Origin: an uncultured Prevotellaceae bacterium
GTDB lineage: Bacteria > Bacteroidota > Bacteroidia > Bacteroidales > Bacteroidaceae
DNA length: 64,000 nt
Reading direction: 5' to 3'
Assembly: GCA_947303855.1 (NCBI GenBank)
Contig: CAMYZO010000001.1
Location: 24,072-88,071 of the forward strand
Of the stretch, positions 37,005-46,115 are shown in pieces. Numbering within the stretch: position 1 is the first letter of the stretch; each line of letters starts with the position of its first letter. The notes under the pieces are model-generated. The model ran no database searches and was not told where the DNA came from. It saw only the letters and a program-made list of their open reading frames with translations. The position numbers and the translations under genes are program-made.

Positions 37005-37619
37005 TCATTGCTCCTCTAATTCCTGCAGGTGCTTGATGCGCGAAATGACCTCGTCGGGCAGTTTGGCAGGCAGGTGCTCCGTGGGGTCATAGAGCATGGC
37101 GGTGCAGATGCAGTACTTACGACCGGTGCGGTGCAGCACATCGACATTGACACAACCCTCGCATCCCTTCCAAAAGGCCTCGTCCTCGGTCAGGTCGGCA
37201 AACGTTACCGGCTGGTAGCCCAGGGCGGTGTTCATCGACATGACGGCAGCGCCGCTGGTCAGCGAGAAAATCTTGGCGTGGGGCCAGCGGGTACGGGCCA
37301 GGGTAAACGTCATGTCCTTGATGCGCTTGGCTACGTGCAGGCCACGGAAGTCGGGATGCACAATCAGTCCGCTGGTGGTGACATACTGCTGGTTCTCCCA
37401 GGTCTCGATGTAACTGAAACCGGCAAAACGCCCGTCCTTGGTCAGCGCGATGACGGCCTTGGCCTCCATCATCTTCTTCGCCACATACTCATGGGTGCGC
37501 TTGGCAATACCCGTACCGCGCACCTTGGCGGCCTCTGCAATGGTGTCCAGTATGGTGTCCACGTATTTCTCATGCTCGGGGCCAGCCACCAGGACTTCTA
37601 TTTCCGTTTGTTGTTCCAT
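37005..37619 (-). CDS. GNAT-family N-acyltransferase, probable short ArgA-like glutamate acyltransferase
   Basis: SGLIVHPDFRGLHVA GNAT motif, FWKGCEGC; lies between argR and argG. Confidence 0.75.
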   Translation of the reverse strand: MEQQTEIEVLVAGPEHEKYVDTILDTIAEAAKVRGTGIAKRTHEYVAKKMMEAKAVIALTKDGRFAGFSYIETWENQQYVTTSGLIVHPDFRGLHVAKRIKDMTFTLARTRWPHAKIFSLTSGAAVMSMNTALGYQPVTFADLTEDEAFWKGCEGCVNVDVLHRTGRKYCICTAMLYDPTEHLPAKLPDEVISRIKHLQELEEQ

Positions 37620-37622
37620 TCT

Positions 37623-38090
37623 TTATCTGATGATTTCGTTTAATGCTCTTTTTACTTCTTCGTGGGTGACACCCTCGCGCAGGACGACGAAGATGGTGTC
37701 GTCGCCGGCGATAGAGCCCAGGATTTGCGGCAGGTCACTGGAATCAATGTTCCAGGCAATGGCACTGGCATAACCCGGACGTGTCTTGAGGACGCCCATG
37801 TTGCCTGAGAAATGAATACTTAACAGCCCCGAGGCGTGAAGCATATCACGGATGTTACCCGGCGTCGACACGCGTTTGTACATCGTGTCGTTAGGCAGCA
37901 CATAGACATAACTGCCACGCATGGTAGACGCCTTGGCCACCTTCAGTTGCTTCAGGTCGCGGCTCAACGTGGCCTGAGTCAGTTTGAACCCCTCGTCCTG
38001 CAGGGCGTTCAGCAGTTCCTCCTGGCTACCCAGCTGACGGCTTGAAATAATCATTCGCAGGGTCTCTAATCGGCTGTTCTTTGTCTTCAT
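37623..38090 (-). CDS. argR: arginine repressor
   Basis: SQEELL...TQATLSRDLK, KTRPGYA, GSIAGDDTIF. Confidence 0.95.
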   Translation of the reverse strand: MKTKNSRLETLRMIISSRQLGSQEELLNALQDEGFKLTQATLSRDLKQLKVAKASTMRGSYVYVLPNDTMYKRVSTPGNIRDMLHASGLLSIHFSGNMGVLKTRPGYASAIAWNIDSSDLPQILGSIAGDDTIFVVLREGVTHEEVKRALNEIIR

Positions 38091-38091
38091 C

Positions 38092-38168
38092 GGAATATTT
38101 ATTCAATTTCAGCCTGCAAAATTACGCCTTTTTCCGAATACCACCAAATAATTACGAATAAAAATACA
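38092..38168 (-). promoter_or_regulatory. arg operon promoter with two ARG-box-like sites
   Basis: TGAATAAATATTCC (38092-38105) and TGTATTTTTATTCG (38155-38168) on the minus strand flank a TAATTTTG -7 element (38117-38124). Confidence 0.6.
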
Positions 38169-38280
38169 CAAAAACACGATAAAAGGCTTTCCTGCAAAAC
38201 ATTTTATTTTCAAATAAATATGAAATATCACGTTTAATTAATAGGAAATGTCATTTATTTGTTGTACCTTTGCCATCGTT

Positions 38281-38808
38281 ATGAACCTGCTGACACGCTT
38301 GTTTGTATGGCTGAGCCGCCTCCACCACTGCCGCGGTTTCGGTATCCAGTCGCCTACGGACTACTGGCTGGTGCGCTATGTCATCAACGAGCACTGGCCC
38401 TACTACCAATACGCCACGCTGGGACGCTCAGACAACTGGTTGCGGTGCAAACTGGGACGGCTCTACTTCAGACTAGCAAACTGGCGACAGCCGCAGACCA
38501 TCGTCAGCAATGACTATGCCGCATACTGGAATGCCGGATGCAGACGGGCAATGATAACACAGGAATTGCCCAAACTCATCGAACTGATGCATGTAGAAGT
38601 GGGACAGGCCAGGCAACTGATGGAGCGAATCAATGACCAGCTCGACGACCGGTCGGTCATAGTGGTTGAAGGTTTGTGGCGCGACAAGTCGGTTTGGCAA
38701 CAGCTGATAGCCGACAACCGTGTACGCATCAGCTTCGATCTGTACTACTGCGGCATTATGCTGTTCGACAGCCACCGTACAAAGAAGAATTACATCATTA
38801 ACTTCTAA
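38281..38808 (+). CDS. conserved Bacteroidales hypothetical protein (possible degenerate methyltransferase fold)
   Basis: RGFGIQSP motif, C-terminal FDLYYCGI....KKNYIINF; follows a TACCTTTG at 38265-38272. Confidence 0.65.
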   Translation: MNLLTRLFVWLSRLHHCRGFGIQSPTDYWLVRYVINEHWPYYQYATLGRSDNWLRCKLGRLYFRLANWRQPQTIVSNDYAAYWNAGCRRAMITQELPKLIELMHVEVGQARQLMERINDQLDDRSVIVVEGLWRDKSVWQQLIADNRVRISFDLYYCGIMLFDSHRTKKNYIINF

Positions 38809-38817
38809 CCTAAAACA

Positions 38818-39381
38818 ATGAAAATTACAAAGGTATACACCCGCACGGGCGACAAAGGAACTACCAGCCTCGTTGGCGGCGTGAGAATCAAGAAAAGCGA
38901 CATCAGGCTTGAGGCCTACGGCACGGTAGACGAGCTGAGTGCCCATCTGGGCTTGTTGGCTGCCGTGATACCTGAAAGTGTAGACAGAGCCACGGTTATT
39001 CGCATACAGAACAACCTGTTCAACGTCTGCACCCATCTGGCCACGGACCAAAGCAAGACACCCCTCTATCCGTCGGCCCACTTAGCCGATGGCGAAATCG
39101 AGTTTCTGGAACAGGAGGTTGACCGCATGATGGGCGTGCTGCCAGAACGCCAGGGATTCGTCCTCCCGGGCGGAACACCCGCTGCAGCACAAGCCCATGT
39201 GGCCCGCACCGTCTGCCGCCGTGCTGAGCGCCGCATAGCCGCACTGGCAGAAGTAGCCGCCGTCGGTGAAGAAATACAGCAATACGTCAACCGCCTAAGC
39301 GATTACCTATTCGTTTTAGCGAAAATAATAAATTTTAACAGCGGCCAGAATGAAATTATTTGGCAAAATGCTTGTAAGTAA
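38818..39381 (+). CDS. ATP:cob(I)alamin adenosyltransferase (PduO type)
   Basis: KVYTRTGDKGTT, EAYGTVDEL, FVLPGG, RTVCRRAER, NRLSDYLF. Confidence 0.93.
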   Translation: MKITKVYTRTGDKGTTSLVGGVRIKKSDIRLEAYGTVDELSAHLGLLAAVIPESVDRATVIRIQNNLFNVCTHLATDQSKTPLYPSAHLADGEIEFLEQEVDRMMGVLPERQGFVLPGGTPAAAQAHVARTVCRRAERRIAALAEVAAVGEEIQQYVNRLSDYLFVLAKIINFNSGQNEIIWQNACK

Positions 39382-39454
39382 GAAAAAAATGATTACTTTT
39401 GCGGCCAAATTCAAAAAAACACCCCGTAATTGTTAAATTGAAAATACTAAAGCT

Positions 39455-39676
39455 ATGTATTGGACACTTGAACTAGCATCAAAACTGGAAGACGCCCCTT
39501 GGCCCGCAACCAAAGATGAACTGATAGACTATGCCATCCGCTCTGGTGCACCTTTAGAGGTGCTCGAAAACCTTCAGGAGATTGAGGACGAAGGTGACAT
39601 CTACGAAAGCATTGAGGATATTTGGCCCGACTACCCTACCAAGGAGGACTTTCTGTTCAACGAGGATGAGTATTAG
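39455..39676 (+). CDS. DUF2795 domain protein
   Basis: MYWTLELASKLEDAPWPATKDELIDYA, a highly conserved small Bacteroidetes protein. Confidence 0.88.
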   Translation: MYWTLELASKLEDAPWPATKDELIDYAIRSGAPLEVLENLQEIEDEGDIYESIEDIWPDYPTKEDFLFNEDEY

Positions 39677-39704
39677 GACTCTGATTTAGAGTTAACAAAT
39701 TAAA

Positions 39705-39752
39705 AATCAGCGAGATAAGCAAATCTTATTTGTTTGTCTCGCTGATTATTTT
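39705..39752 (+). terminator. intrinsic terminator after the DUF2795 gene
   Basis: Long stem AATCAGCGAGATAAGCAAAT / ATTTGTTTGTCTCGCTGATT followed by a T-rich tract. Confidence 0.75.
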
Positions 39753-39867
39753 ATCACAATTATCTCATTTTGTTTTGCTTCGTTTTAACTTTCAAAAGTA
39801 AAAAATGGGCAAATTATTTGTTTTTCCAAAGTAAATAATGTATCTTTGCACGCAAAAAGCATGCGAA

Positions 39868-41061
39868 ATGGATAGATTGTATAAGACTTATGGCCGCCTG
39901 CTTGCGGAAACAAATTTGAGTTTTATCAGGTATCTTTATCAAAAGATAAACTGGGATAATAGGTTAATCGTGATTAAAGGTGCCAAGGGCGTTGGCAAGA
40001 CGACGATGCTCCTTCAGCATATCCTACGGACTTTTGAGGATAAGCAGAAGGCTCTTTATGCATCACTTGATCATATCTGGTTTGCCAATCATTCAATTCT
40101 TGACTTGGCAGAATATCACTATACGCATGGTGGTACTCACTTGTTTCTGGATGAGGTACATAAGTACAAAGGGTGGCAGCAGGAAATCAAGAACATCTAC
40201 GATTCTTATCCGCAGTTACACGTCGTGGTAACAGGTTCGTCGATGCTGAAGTTGGAGGAGTCGCTGATGGGTGATCTTTCACGCCGTCATCGCCAATACA
40301 CGTTGGAAGGATTGTCATTCAGGGAATACCTGCAGTTGGAACAGGTAGTTCAGTTACCTGTTCTCTCTTTAGAAACAATACTGACAGACCATTTCATGCG
40401 GGCATCAGAGATTACATCGAAGGTTAAGGTACTGCAGCATTTCGAAAAATATCTTGAGACGGGGTATTATCCTTTCTATCGCGAGGAAGGCGATGGCTTT
40501 TTCGACCGCCTCCAGCAGGTGATAGAAACTATTGTTACCAGCGAAATTCCGTCGGTCAGCAATATAGAATACGATTCAGTCTATAAGGCTAAGCAACTAC
40601 TGGCGGTTTTAGCAGAAAGTTCGCCTTATACTTTGAACATATCTGGACTCTGTGTCACATTACAAGCTTCACGCAATAATGTGTTGAAGCTAATCGACTT
40701 GATGGACAAGGCGGCATTGGTGCGCCGACTTTACTCTGTTGATAGTGGGATGAACATGCTGACGAAGCCTGAAAAAGTTCTGTTCTACAACACCAACTTG
40801 ATGCACTGTCTGACCCCACATGTCGAAGAGGGGACAATGCGTGAGACATATTTTGCATCGCAGGTGGGTGTCGGCCACAAGCTTACAATGCCTAACCAAG
40901 GCGATTTGCTTGTAGATGGGAGATGGCTTTTTGAAGTAGGAGGAAAGAATAAAGGTTTCAAACAGATAAAAGGAATTGAAGACAGCTACGTTGTCAGTGA
41001 TGGCATCGATATAGGTCACGGCAAGAAGATACCTCTTTGGCTTTTTGGCCTACTCTATTAA
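39868..41061 (+). CDS. AAA+ ATPase (AAA_14 / DUF4143-type)
   Basis: GAKGVGKTT, LFLDEVHKY, VTGSS, GLSFREY, GYYPF, RETYF, FEVGG; promoter TATCTTTG at 39841-39848. Confidence 0.85.
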   Translation: MDRLYKTYGRLLAETNLSFIRYLYQKINWDNRLIVIKGAKGVGKTTMLLQHILRTFEDKQKALYASLDHIWFANHSILDLAEYHYTHGGTHLFLDEVHKYKGWQQEIKNIYDSYPQLHVVVTGSSMLKLEESLMGDLSRRHRQYTLEGLSFREYLQLEQVVQLPVLSLETILTDHFMRASEITSKVKVLQHFEKYLETGYYPFYREEGDGFFDRLQQVIETIVTSEIPSVSNIEYDSVYKAKQLLAVLAESSPYTLNISGLCVTLQASRNNVLKLIDLMDKAALVRRLYSVDSGMNMLTKPEKVLFYNTNLMHCLTPHVEEGTMRETYFASQVGVGHKLTMPNQGDLLVDGRWLFEVGGKNKGFKQIKGIEDSYVVSDGIDIGHGKKIPLWLFGLLY

Positions 41062-41127
41062 GGACGATTACAATTGAGGCAACTTTTGTTCCCACTTTAC
41101 TTCCCACTATTGACGAGAGTGGGAAGA

Positions 41128-41163
41128 AAAGTACATTGAAAGGTACATTGAAAAATACATTGA
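41128..41163 (+). repeat. 3 x 12-bp tandem repeat (AA.gTACATTGA)
   Basis: aaagtacattga aaggtacattga aaaatacattga. Confidence 0.7.
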
Positions 41164-41325
41164 AGGGGAGAAGCAACCTGTGCAAAAAATGCACAAGTCC
41201 GGCAGTATGGGATGCCTTGTACAAAGCAATCTGTTCGGGGTTTCCGAACAGTTGGAATATAGTTGTATATTATCTATCAATCTCCCTGCTTACCCAAAAA
41301 TACTCTGTAAGCAGGGAGACTTCTA

Positions 41326-42726
41326 TTATCTGATAATGATATTGGGGAAGCGCTTTCTTATTGCTGCCTTCTCAGAATCGCTCATTTTTCCTTGTACCGT
41401 GAAACGGTCGATGGTCAGTTTGTCCATCCATTTTGGCAGAACCACTTTTCCGGTAAACACCAGCTCAAGAGTCTTGATATGCTCTAACTGTGAAAGCATT
41501 TCCGGTACTTCCTGAATGCGAAGGTGTATGCCCCAGTCGTTATTGTTCTTTTTGAGTTCTTTCAAGGTGTCATCCTTGCTCTCTGCCACACGGACGAGCC
41601 ATCCTATCTTAGGTGTCACCATATTGCTGGCAGTATCGTACTTTGCTCCGATAAATCCTGCCCAGAGTTCCATCGGTGTCTCACTGATAAGCTTTCCGTT
41701 CGCAGGATTGACAACCCGATACTTGAAATTGACCCGTACATATTCCGATGGCATTTCCTTGGTATGCTTTACCCTGTCAAGCGTCTTCCCGTTCTCGTCA
41801 GGAAAGAGTTTTAGCAGCCAACCGTCGAGTTCTGTAGGCATGTCAGGACTACAAGCCCCACCTTTGAGTGCTGAAACGGTCTGTTTCTTGACCATGCTTT
41901 TCCAAAACGCCTGATTCGGATGGCCGTCAGCGGCCTGTATGAACTCTTGCAATATTGGTTCCAGCGAGTTTATCCACGTCCCAAGTCCGTATTGCTTCAA
42001 TTGCCTAGACTTCTCGAGCACCCGCCGCCAATCTGTAGCTGTTCCTTGCAGCGTTACGGTAGGGATACCGCAGGCTATGCGATAAACGATATACTCGAAG
42101 TATGATTTCACGCTTTCCATCAGTGTAATCTGCGATGCCACACGTTCGACAGAGCCTGTGGTTGTGAAGTCGGAGGTGATGGTCTTGGCAATGCCGTTTT
42201 TGGTGTACTTGTTTATCTGCGAAGAGAAATCGGCAATCAGCGATGGCCAGTCAACATCTTCGGTCAGCAAGTCTTTGTTGGTCATAATTGCCAAGTCCAT
42301 CTTACCATTGTGGTTTACCAGTTTGGGGCGCAGCTCTTCTGCATGGGCATTCACATATCGGGCAAAGCCTTGACTGATGACGAGCCAAACCATATCGGGT
42401 GAGAGCGTAACTGACTGGTGGTTTGCGTATGCTTTGACAATGCATCTATAGAAAGCATCCTTCCCCATATGCATTAAGTTGTTCTCTCCAGAAAAACTCG
42501 TAGCAATGATACGTTGTGCATCGTTGGGAATTTGTTCTTCGGATAACATAAACTTAGCAATACTTTCACCTGTATACATGCGCATATATGGGTCATTGAC
42601 TGGGGTAAGATTCTCGTCCACAACAAAGGTGATACTCTTGTTGGTTCGTTGCGTAATCTTGCTGTTGTCTGCATATCCTGTAATTCCCACGACAGCAAAA
42701 AGAACTGCCATAACTATCTTCCTCAT
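41326..42726 (-). CDS. DUF4419-like secreted protein
   Basis: Signal peptide; AYANH..LSPDMVWL.I.QGF, DFTTT, CGIPTVTLQGTATDW, DGWL..LFP. Confidence 0.75.
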   Translation of the reverse strand: MRKIVMAVLFAVVGITGYADNSKITQRTNKSITFVVDENLTPVNDPYMRMYTGESIAKFMLSEEQIPNDAQRIIATSFSGENNLMHMGKDAFYRCIVKAYANHQSVTLSPDMVWLVISQGFARYVNAHAEELRPKLVNHNGKMDLAIMTNKDLLTEDVDWPSLIADFSSQINKYTKNGIAKTITSDFTTTGSVERVASQITLMESVKSYFEYIVYRIACGIPTVTLQGTATDWRRVLEKSRQLKQYGLGTWINSLEPILQEFIQAADGHPNQAFWKSMVKKQTVSALKGGACSPDMPTELDGWLLKLFPDENGKTLDRVKHTKEMPSEYVRVNFKYRVVNPANGKLISETPMELWAGFIGAKYDTASNMVTPKIGWLVRVAESKDDTLKELKKNNNDWGIHLRIQEVPEMLSQLEHIKTLELVFTGKVVLPKWMDKLTIDRFTVQGKMSDSEKAAIRKRFPNIIIR

Positions 42727-42733
42727 TTTTCTT

Positions 42734-43576
42734 TTAGTTTTGTTTGTCTATAACGTAGGGGAAAGTATATCCTTCGATACCATATGCACGGAATTCTCCA
42801 TTGATGTACAGCGCCCTCCAGGGCTTATAGGCTTTCATCAACGCAGTCATTTCTTCGGCAAGTCGATTATCAACCTCAGGTTTGAATACTTTTAGCTCGC
42901 ACTCTACGAGATTGCCCTCTGCATCAACACTTGCCCGCTTGATGCTGAAAACGATTCGTTTCACATCAGCCAATTCTTGATATCGCTCTATGTGCAGAGG
43001 AAACATCTTCTTTAGCTTTGCCTGAAAGTCGGGGCCGGCTCGATCAAACGAGAAGCCCTCAACAACAAAGTTGTGAAATACGTTTTGCCCAATGATTTTC
43101 CCTTGATTAACTCTAAGAATTTTCTCTTCCTCGTAGTTCCGCTCAAAGCCTAGGTGCTGATAGTAAATCACTTTCCCAGAGGCTACACGAACATCTTGTG
43201 TCAGCCAGCTGGCTAAGATACGGTTCTCGTCAACGTACTTTCTGAACACGTGGCGCAAAGTGTCTGTGGGTATGCGTTTACCTACATATACGTTGAGGTG
43301 TGAGTCATAGTATATACAGCGAATGCTATCTAAATAAAGTTTATCCTGAGTGATGCTCCAAAATGCCGTGAATCCATCCCAATTAGCAGTAGAAATAGAC
43401 CTTTCTTTCGGTAATACTGCCTTTAGATTGTAATATAGGGTTGAATCTGCACAAACGGGACGGCCTAAGAGTTCCCACTTGGCACCATCAATAAAAATGA
43501 TGTCACTCTCTTGACCTGTTGCATTGGCGAATGTCGTCAATATCAAGAACTGAACATATAGAAATAATCTTTTCAT
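42734..43576 (-). CDS. secreted hypothetical protein
   Basis: Signal peptide, ATGQESDII, STANWDGFTAFWSI..DKLYL; promoter TACCTTTG at 43593-43600. Confidence 0.7.
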   Translation of the reverse strand: MKRLFLYVQFLILTTFANATGQESDIIFIDGAKWELLGRPVCADSTLYYNLKAVLPKERSISTANWDGFTAFWSITQDKLYLDSIRCIYYDSHLNVYVGKRIPTDTLRHVFRKYVDENRILASWLTQDVRVASGKVIYYQHLGFERNYEEEKILRVNQGKIIGQNVFHNFVVEGFSFDRAGPDFQAKLKKMFPLHIERYQELADVKRIVFSIKRASVDAEGNLVECELKVFKPEVDNRLAEEMTALMKAYKPWRALYINGEFRAYGIEGYTFPYVIDKQN

Positions 43577-43870
43577 AATGACAAATCTATTGCAAAGGTA
43601 CATTTTTTATTCCGAACCAGAATCATCGAAAGATGAAAAACTGTAGTTATTTAACTTTCAGAAAGGGAAAGACAATGATTGAGTCAGAAAAAATGAGGGA
43701 ATCAGATGCTTTATCGTTTAACTATTTACCTTTTTGTCCAAAAGAATATGTTTGTCCAACCCGCCAACGAATCGCCTTCAACCGCCTCTGACCACCAAGT
43801 TTATTTGGCCAAATTTATCACTTTTGTCTCATTTCGGAAATTCAGAACAGTTTCTTTTGATGTTGCTTAA

Positions 43871-44098
43871 TTACTTATTGTCAGCTTTCACCTCAACCCA
43901 CTTCCCGTTGCGTTTTACCATTTTCACTTTGCGCACACGTGTGGATGGATTAGCTTTGTAAGTTGCCGGAGTAATTCTTTTGAATTGTCCTAACTGTTCT
44001 TGGGCATGTTTGGTTAGTCCTACTATTTGCCCGTCACGGTAGGCGAACTCTGTGTTGGCAGGGTCGATGATGACCTCACGAAGGTTAGGACACCGCTT
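43871..44098 (-). pseudogene. 3' remnant of a BspA-type leucine-rich repeat protein gene
   Basis: Open frame without a start codon: KRCPNLREVIIDPANTEFAYRDG...KWVEVKADNK*, with an in-frame TAA just upstream. Confidence 0.55.
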
Positions 44099-44188
44099 AG
44101 TGATATATTACTCAATTCGCCGCTTTTTAGTTAACTTTGAAGCGTAGTTTTATGATAGTTTATGAAAAAATGTCCTGGTAATTATTTA

Positions 44189-44472
44189 ACTGTCATCTGT
44201 CATGCTTTATGTTAAACGGCTCATTTATAGATAGTTAAACCGCTAAAAACCATTAACATACCGTCATCTACCGTCATGTTTACCCGAAAATCCAAGCCTC
44301 TCACGAAAAAATCCAAGCCTCTCACGAAAAAATCCAGGCTTCTCACGAAAAAATCCAGGCTTCTCGCTCCCGTCATCGCAATATGACAGTTTATGACAGT
44401 ATATGACAGTTTGATCGTGGCTTAATCGTCTGCATACCAACCTAATAACTAAGAAAAATGACAGATGACAGT
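44189..44472. repeat. symmetric non-coding element: 15-bp perfect inverted repeats enclosing 10-bp iterons and a 4 x 21-bp tandem array
   Basis: ACTGTCATCTGTCAT (44189-44203) / ATGACAGATGACAGT (44458-44472); TACCGTCAT x2; (A/T)TATGACAGT x3; CGAAAAAATCCA(A/G)GC(C/T)TCTCA x4 at 44285-44366. Confidence 0.85.
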
Positions 44473-44679
44473 ATGTCGAGGATGATTACACGCCGACAGC
44501 CCCAGACCTCCTTTTCTAACTATATATATGCAAAAGTAGTAAAAATATATCATCTGCCTAAGAAAAAAGTAATAATATAATTGGTTCCTTCGCAAAATAA
44601 ATCGTACCTTTGCAGCCAACTTTTCGAAAATACGAAAGCAAACATGAATAATAACAATACTGAAGAATAAGGCACACAG

Positions 44680-46098
44680 ATGTTATTCAACTCCATCGCA
44701 TTCCTATTGTTTTTCCCAATAGTATGCGCGCTCTATTTCGCCATTCCGGCCGAGAGGATAAGAGCGAGAAACCTGTTACTGCTTGCTGCAAGCTACTATT
44801 TCTACATGAACTGGGAGCCTGCATACGCCTTGCTGTTGCTGACAAGCACCGTCGTCACCTACCTGGCGGCACTGGGCATCAGCCATTTCAAGGGGCAGCG
44901 GGCTAAGAAAGCATGCCTCGTAGGCAGTCTGGTGCTGAACCTCGCGATACTCTTCCTGTTCAAGTATTTCAATTTCCTGGCATCGAACGTGGAGGCGGCT
45001 CTCCAGGCAGGCGGACTGGCCATCGACATACCAGCGTTCAGTCTGCTGCTGCCTGTAGGCATATCGTTCTACACCTTTCAGGCACTGGGCTATTCTGTCG
45101 ACGTCTATCGCGGCACGACAGCGGTGGAGCGTAACTTTGCCACTTACGCCCTGTTCGTGTCGTTCTTCCCGCAGTTGGTGGCAGGCCCTATTGAGCGGTC
45201 AAACAACTTGCTGCCGCAGTTCAAGCAACAGCACCGGTTCAATTACGACGAGGTGATGGACGGCGTCAGACTGATGGTGTGGGGCTATTTCATGAAACTG
45301 GTGCTGGCCGACCGCTGCGGCACATACGTTGACGCCATCTTCAACAATGTAGACAAGCACAATGGCGGCAGTTACTGGATTGCCTCCCTGCTGTTCCCTT
45401 TCCAGATTTACGGCGATTTTGCCGGCTACTCCCTCATTGCCATCGGCGTGGCGCGGGTGCTGGGTTTCCGCCTGATGGAGAACTTCCACCGCCCCTATTT
45501 TGCTGATTCCATCGGGAAATTTTGGCACAGGTGGCACATCTCACTCTCCACCTGGTTCAAGGACTATGTCTACATTCCCTTAGGCGGCAACCGCGTGCGT
45601 CGCTCCCGTCAGTACTTAAACCTGCTGGTGACGTTTCTTGTCAGCGGCATCTGGCATGGAGCCAACTGGACGTTCTTCTGCTGGGGCGCGCTGCACGGTC
45701 TGCTGCTCTGCATAGAGAAAGCTCTTGGCATAGGCAAACGGCAGTATGCCGGATTCAGCAAACTCTGCCATTGGGCTGTAACGTTCCTGCTGGTATGCCT
45801 GGCCTGGATACTGTTCCGTGCCGCCAACCTGCACGACGCAGCCACCATCATAACCGGGATGTTCCTCAGGTTAGGCGTTCCCGACATCAGCTTCGCCATG
45901 TTCACCGAACTGTGCCTTGCCGCCTTTGCCCTTTCCATACTGATGGCGAAAGAAATTATCGATGAATTCGGGTGGAATGTGCGCATGGCCGAGTCGCGCT
46001 ATTGGGTAGTCCGCCACACCTATATCGTTGTCATGATAGCGCTGATACTATTGTTTGGCGTGTTAGGCGGCGACCAGTTTATCTATTTCCAGTTTTAG
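44680..46098 (+). CDS. MBOAT family O-acyltransferase (AlgI/DltB/PatA-like)
   Basis: LPVGISFYTFQ, SFFPQLVAGPIER, QIYGDFAGYS, ENFHRPY, FWHRWHISLS, GIWHGANW; promoter TACCTTTG at 44605-44612. Confidence 0.93.
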   Translation: MLFNSIAFLLFFPIVCALYFAIPAERIRARNLLLLAASYYFYMNWEPAYALLLLTSTVVTYLAALGISHFKGQRAKKACLVGSLVLNLAILFLFKYFNFLASNVEAALQAGGLAIDIPAFSLLLPVGISFYTFQALGYSVDVYRGTTAVERNFATYALFVSFFPQLVAGPIERSNNLLPQFKQQHRFNYDEVMDGVRLMVWGYFMKLVLADRCGTYVDAIFNNVDKHNGGSYWIASLLFPFQIYGDFAGYSLIAIGVARVLGFRLMENFHRPYFADSIGKFWHRWHISLSTWFKDYVYIPLGGNRVRRSRQYLNLLVTFLVSGIWHGANWTFFCWGALHGLLLCIEKALGIGKRQYAGFSKLCHWAVTFLLVCLAWILFRAANLHDAATIITGMFLRLGVPDISFAMFTELCLAAFALSILMAKEIIDEFGWNVRMAESRYWVVRHTYIVVMIALILLFGVLGGDQFIYFQF

Positions 46099-46115
46099 CA
46101 TGAGAGGATAGTGAC

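Noticed and set aside
43734-43961. 75-aa plus-strand ORF
   Set aside because: It has a TTG start and no motifs, and it overlaps the more convincing minus-strand LRR remnant.
44285-44366. 21-bp repeats as a CRISPR array
   Set aside because: The units are directly adjacent with no unique spacers, and there are no cas genes in the window.
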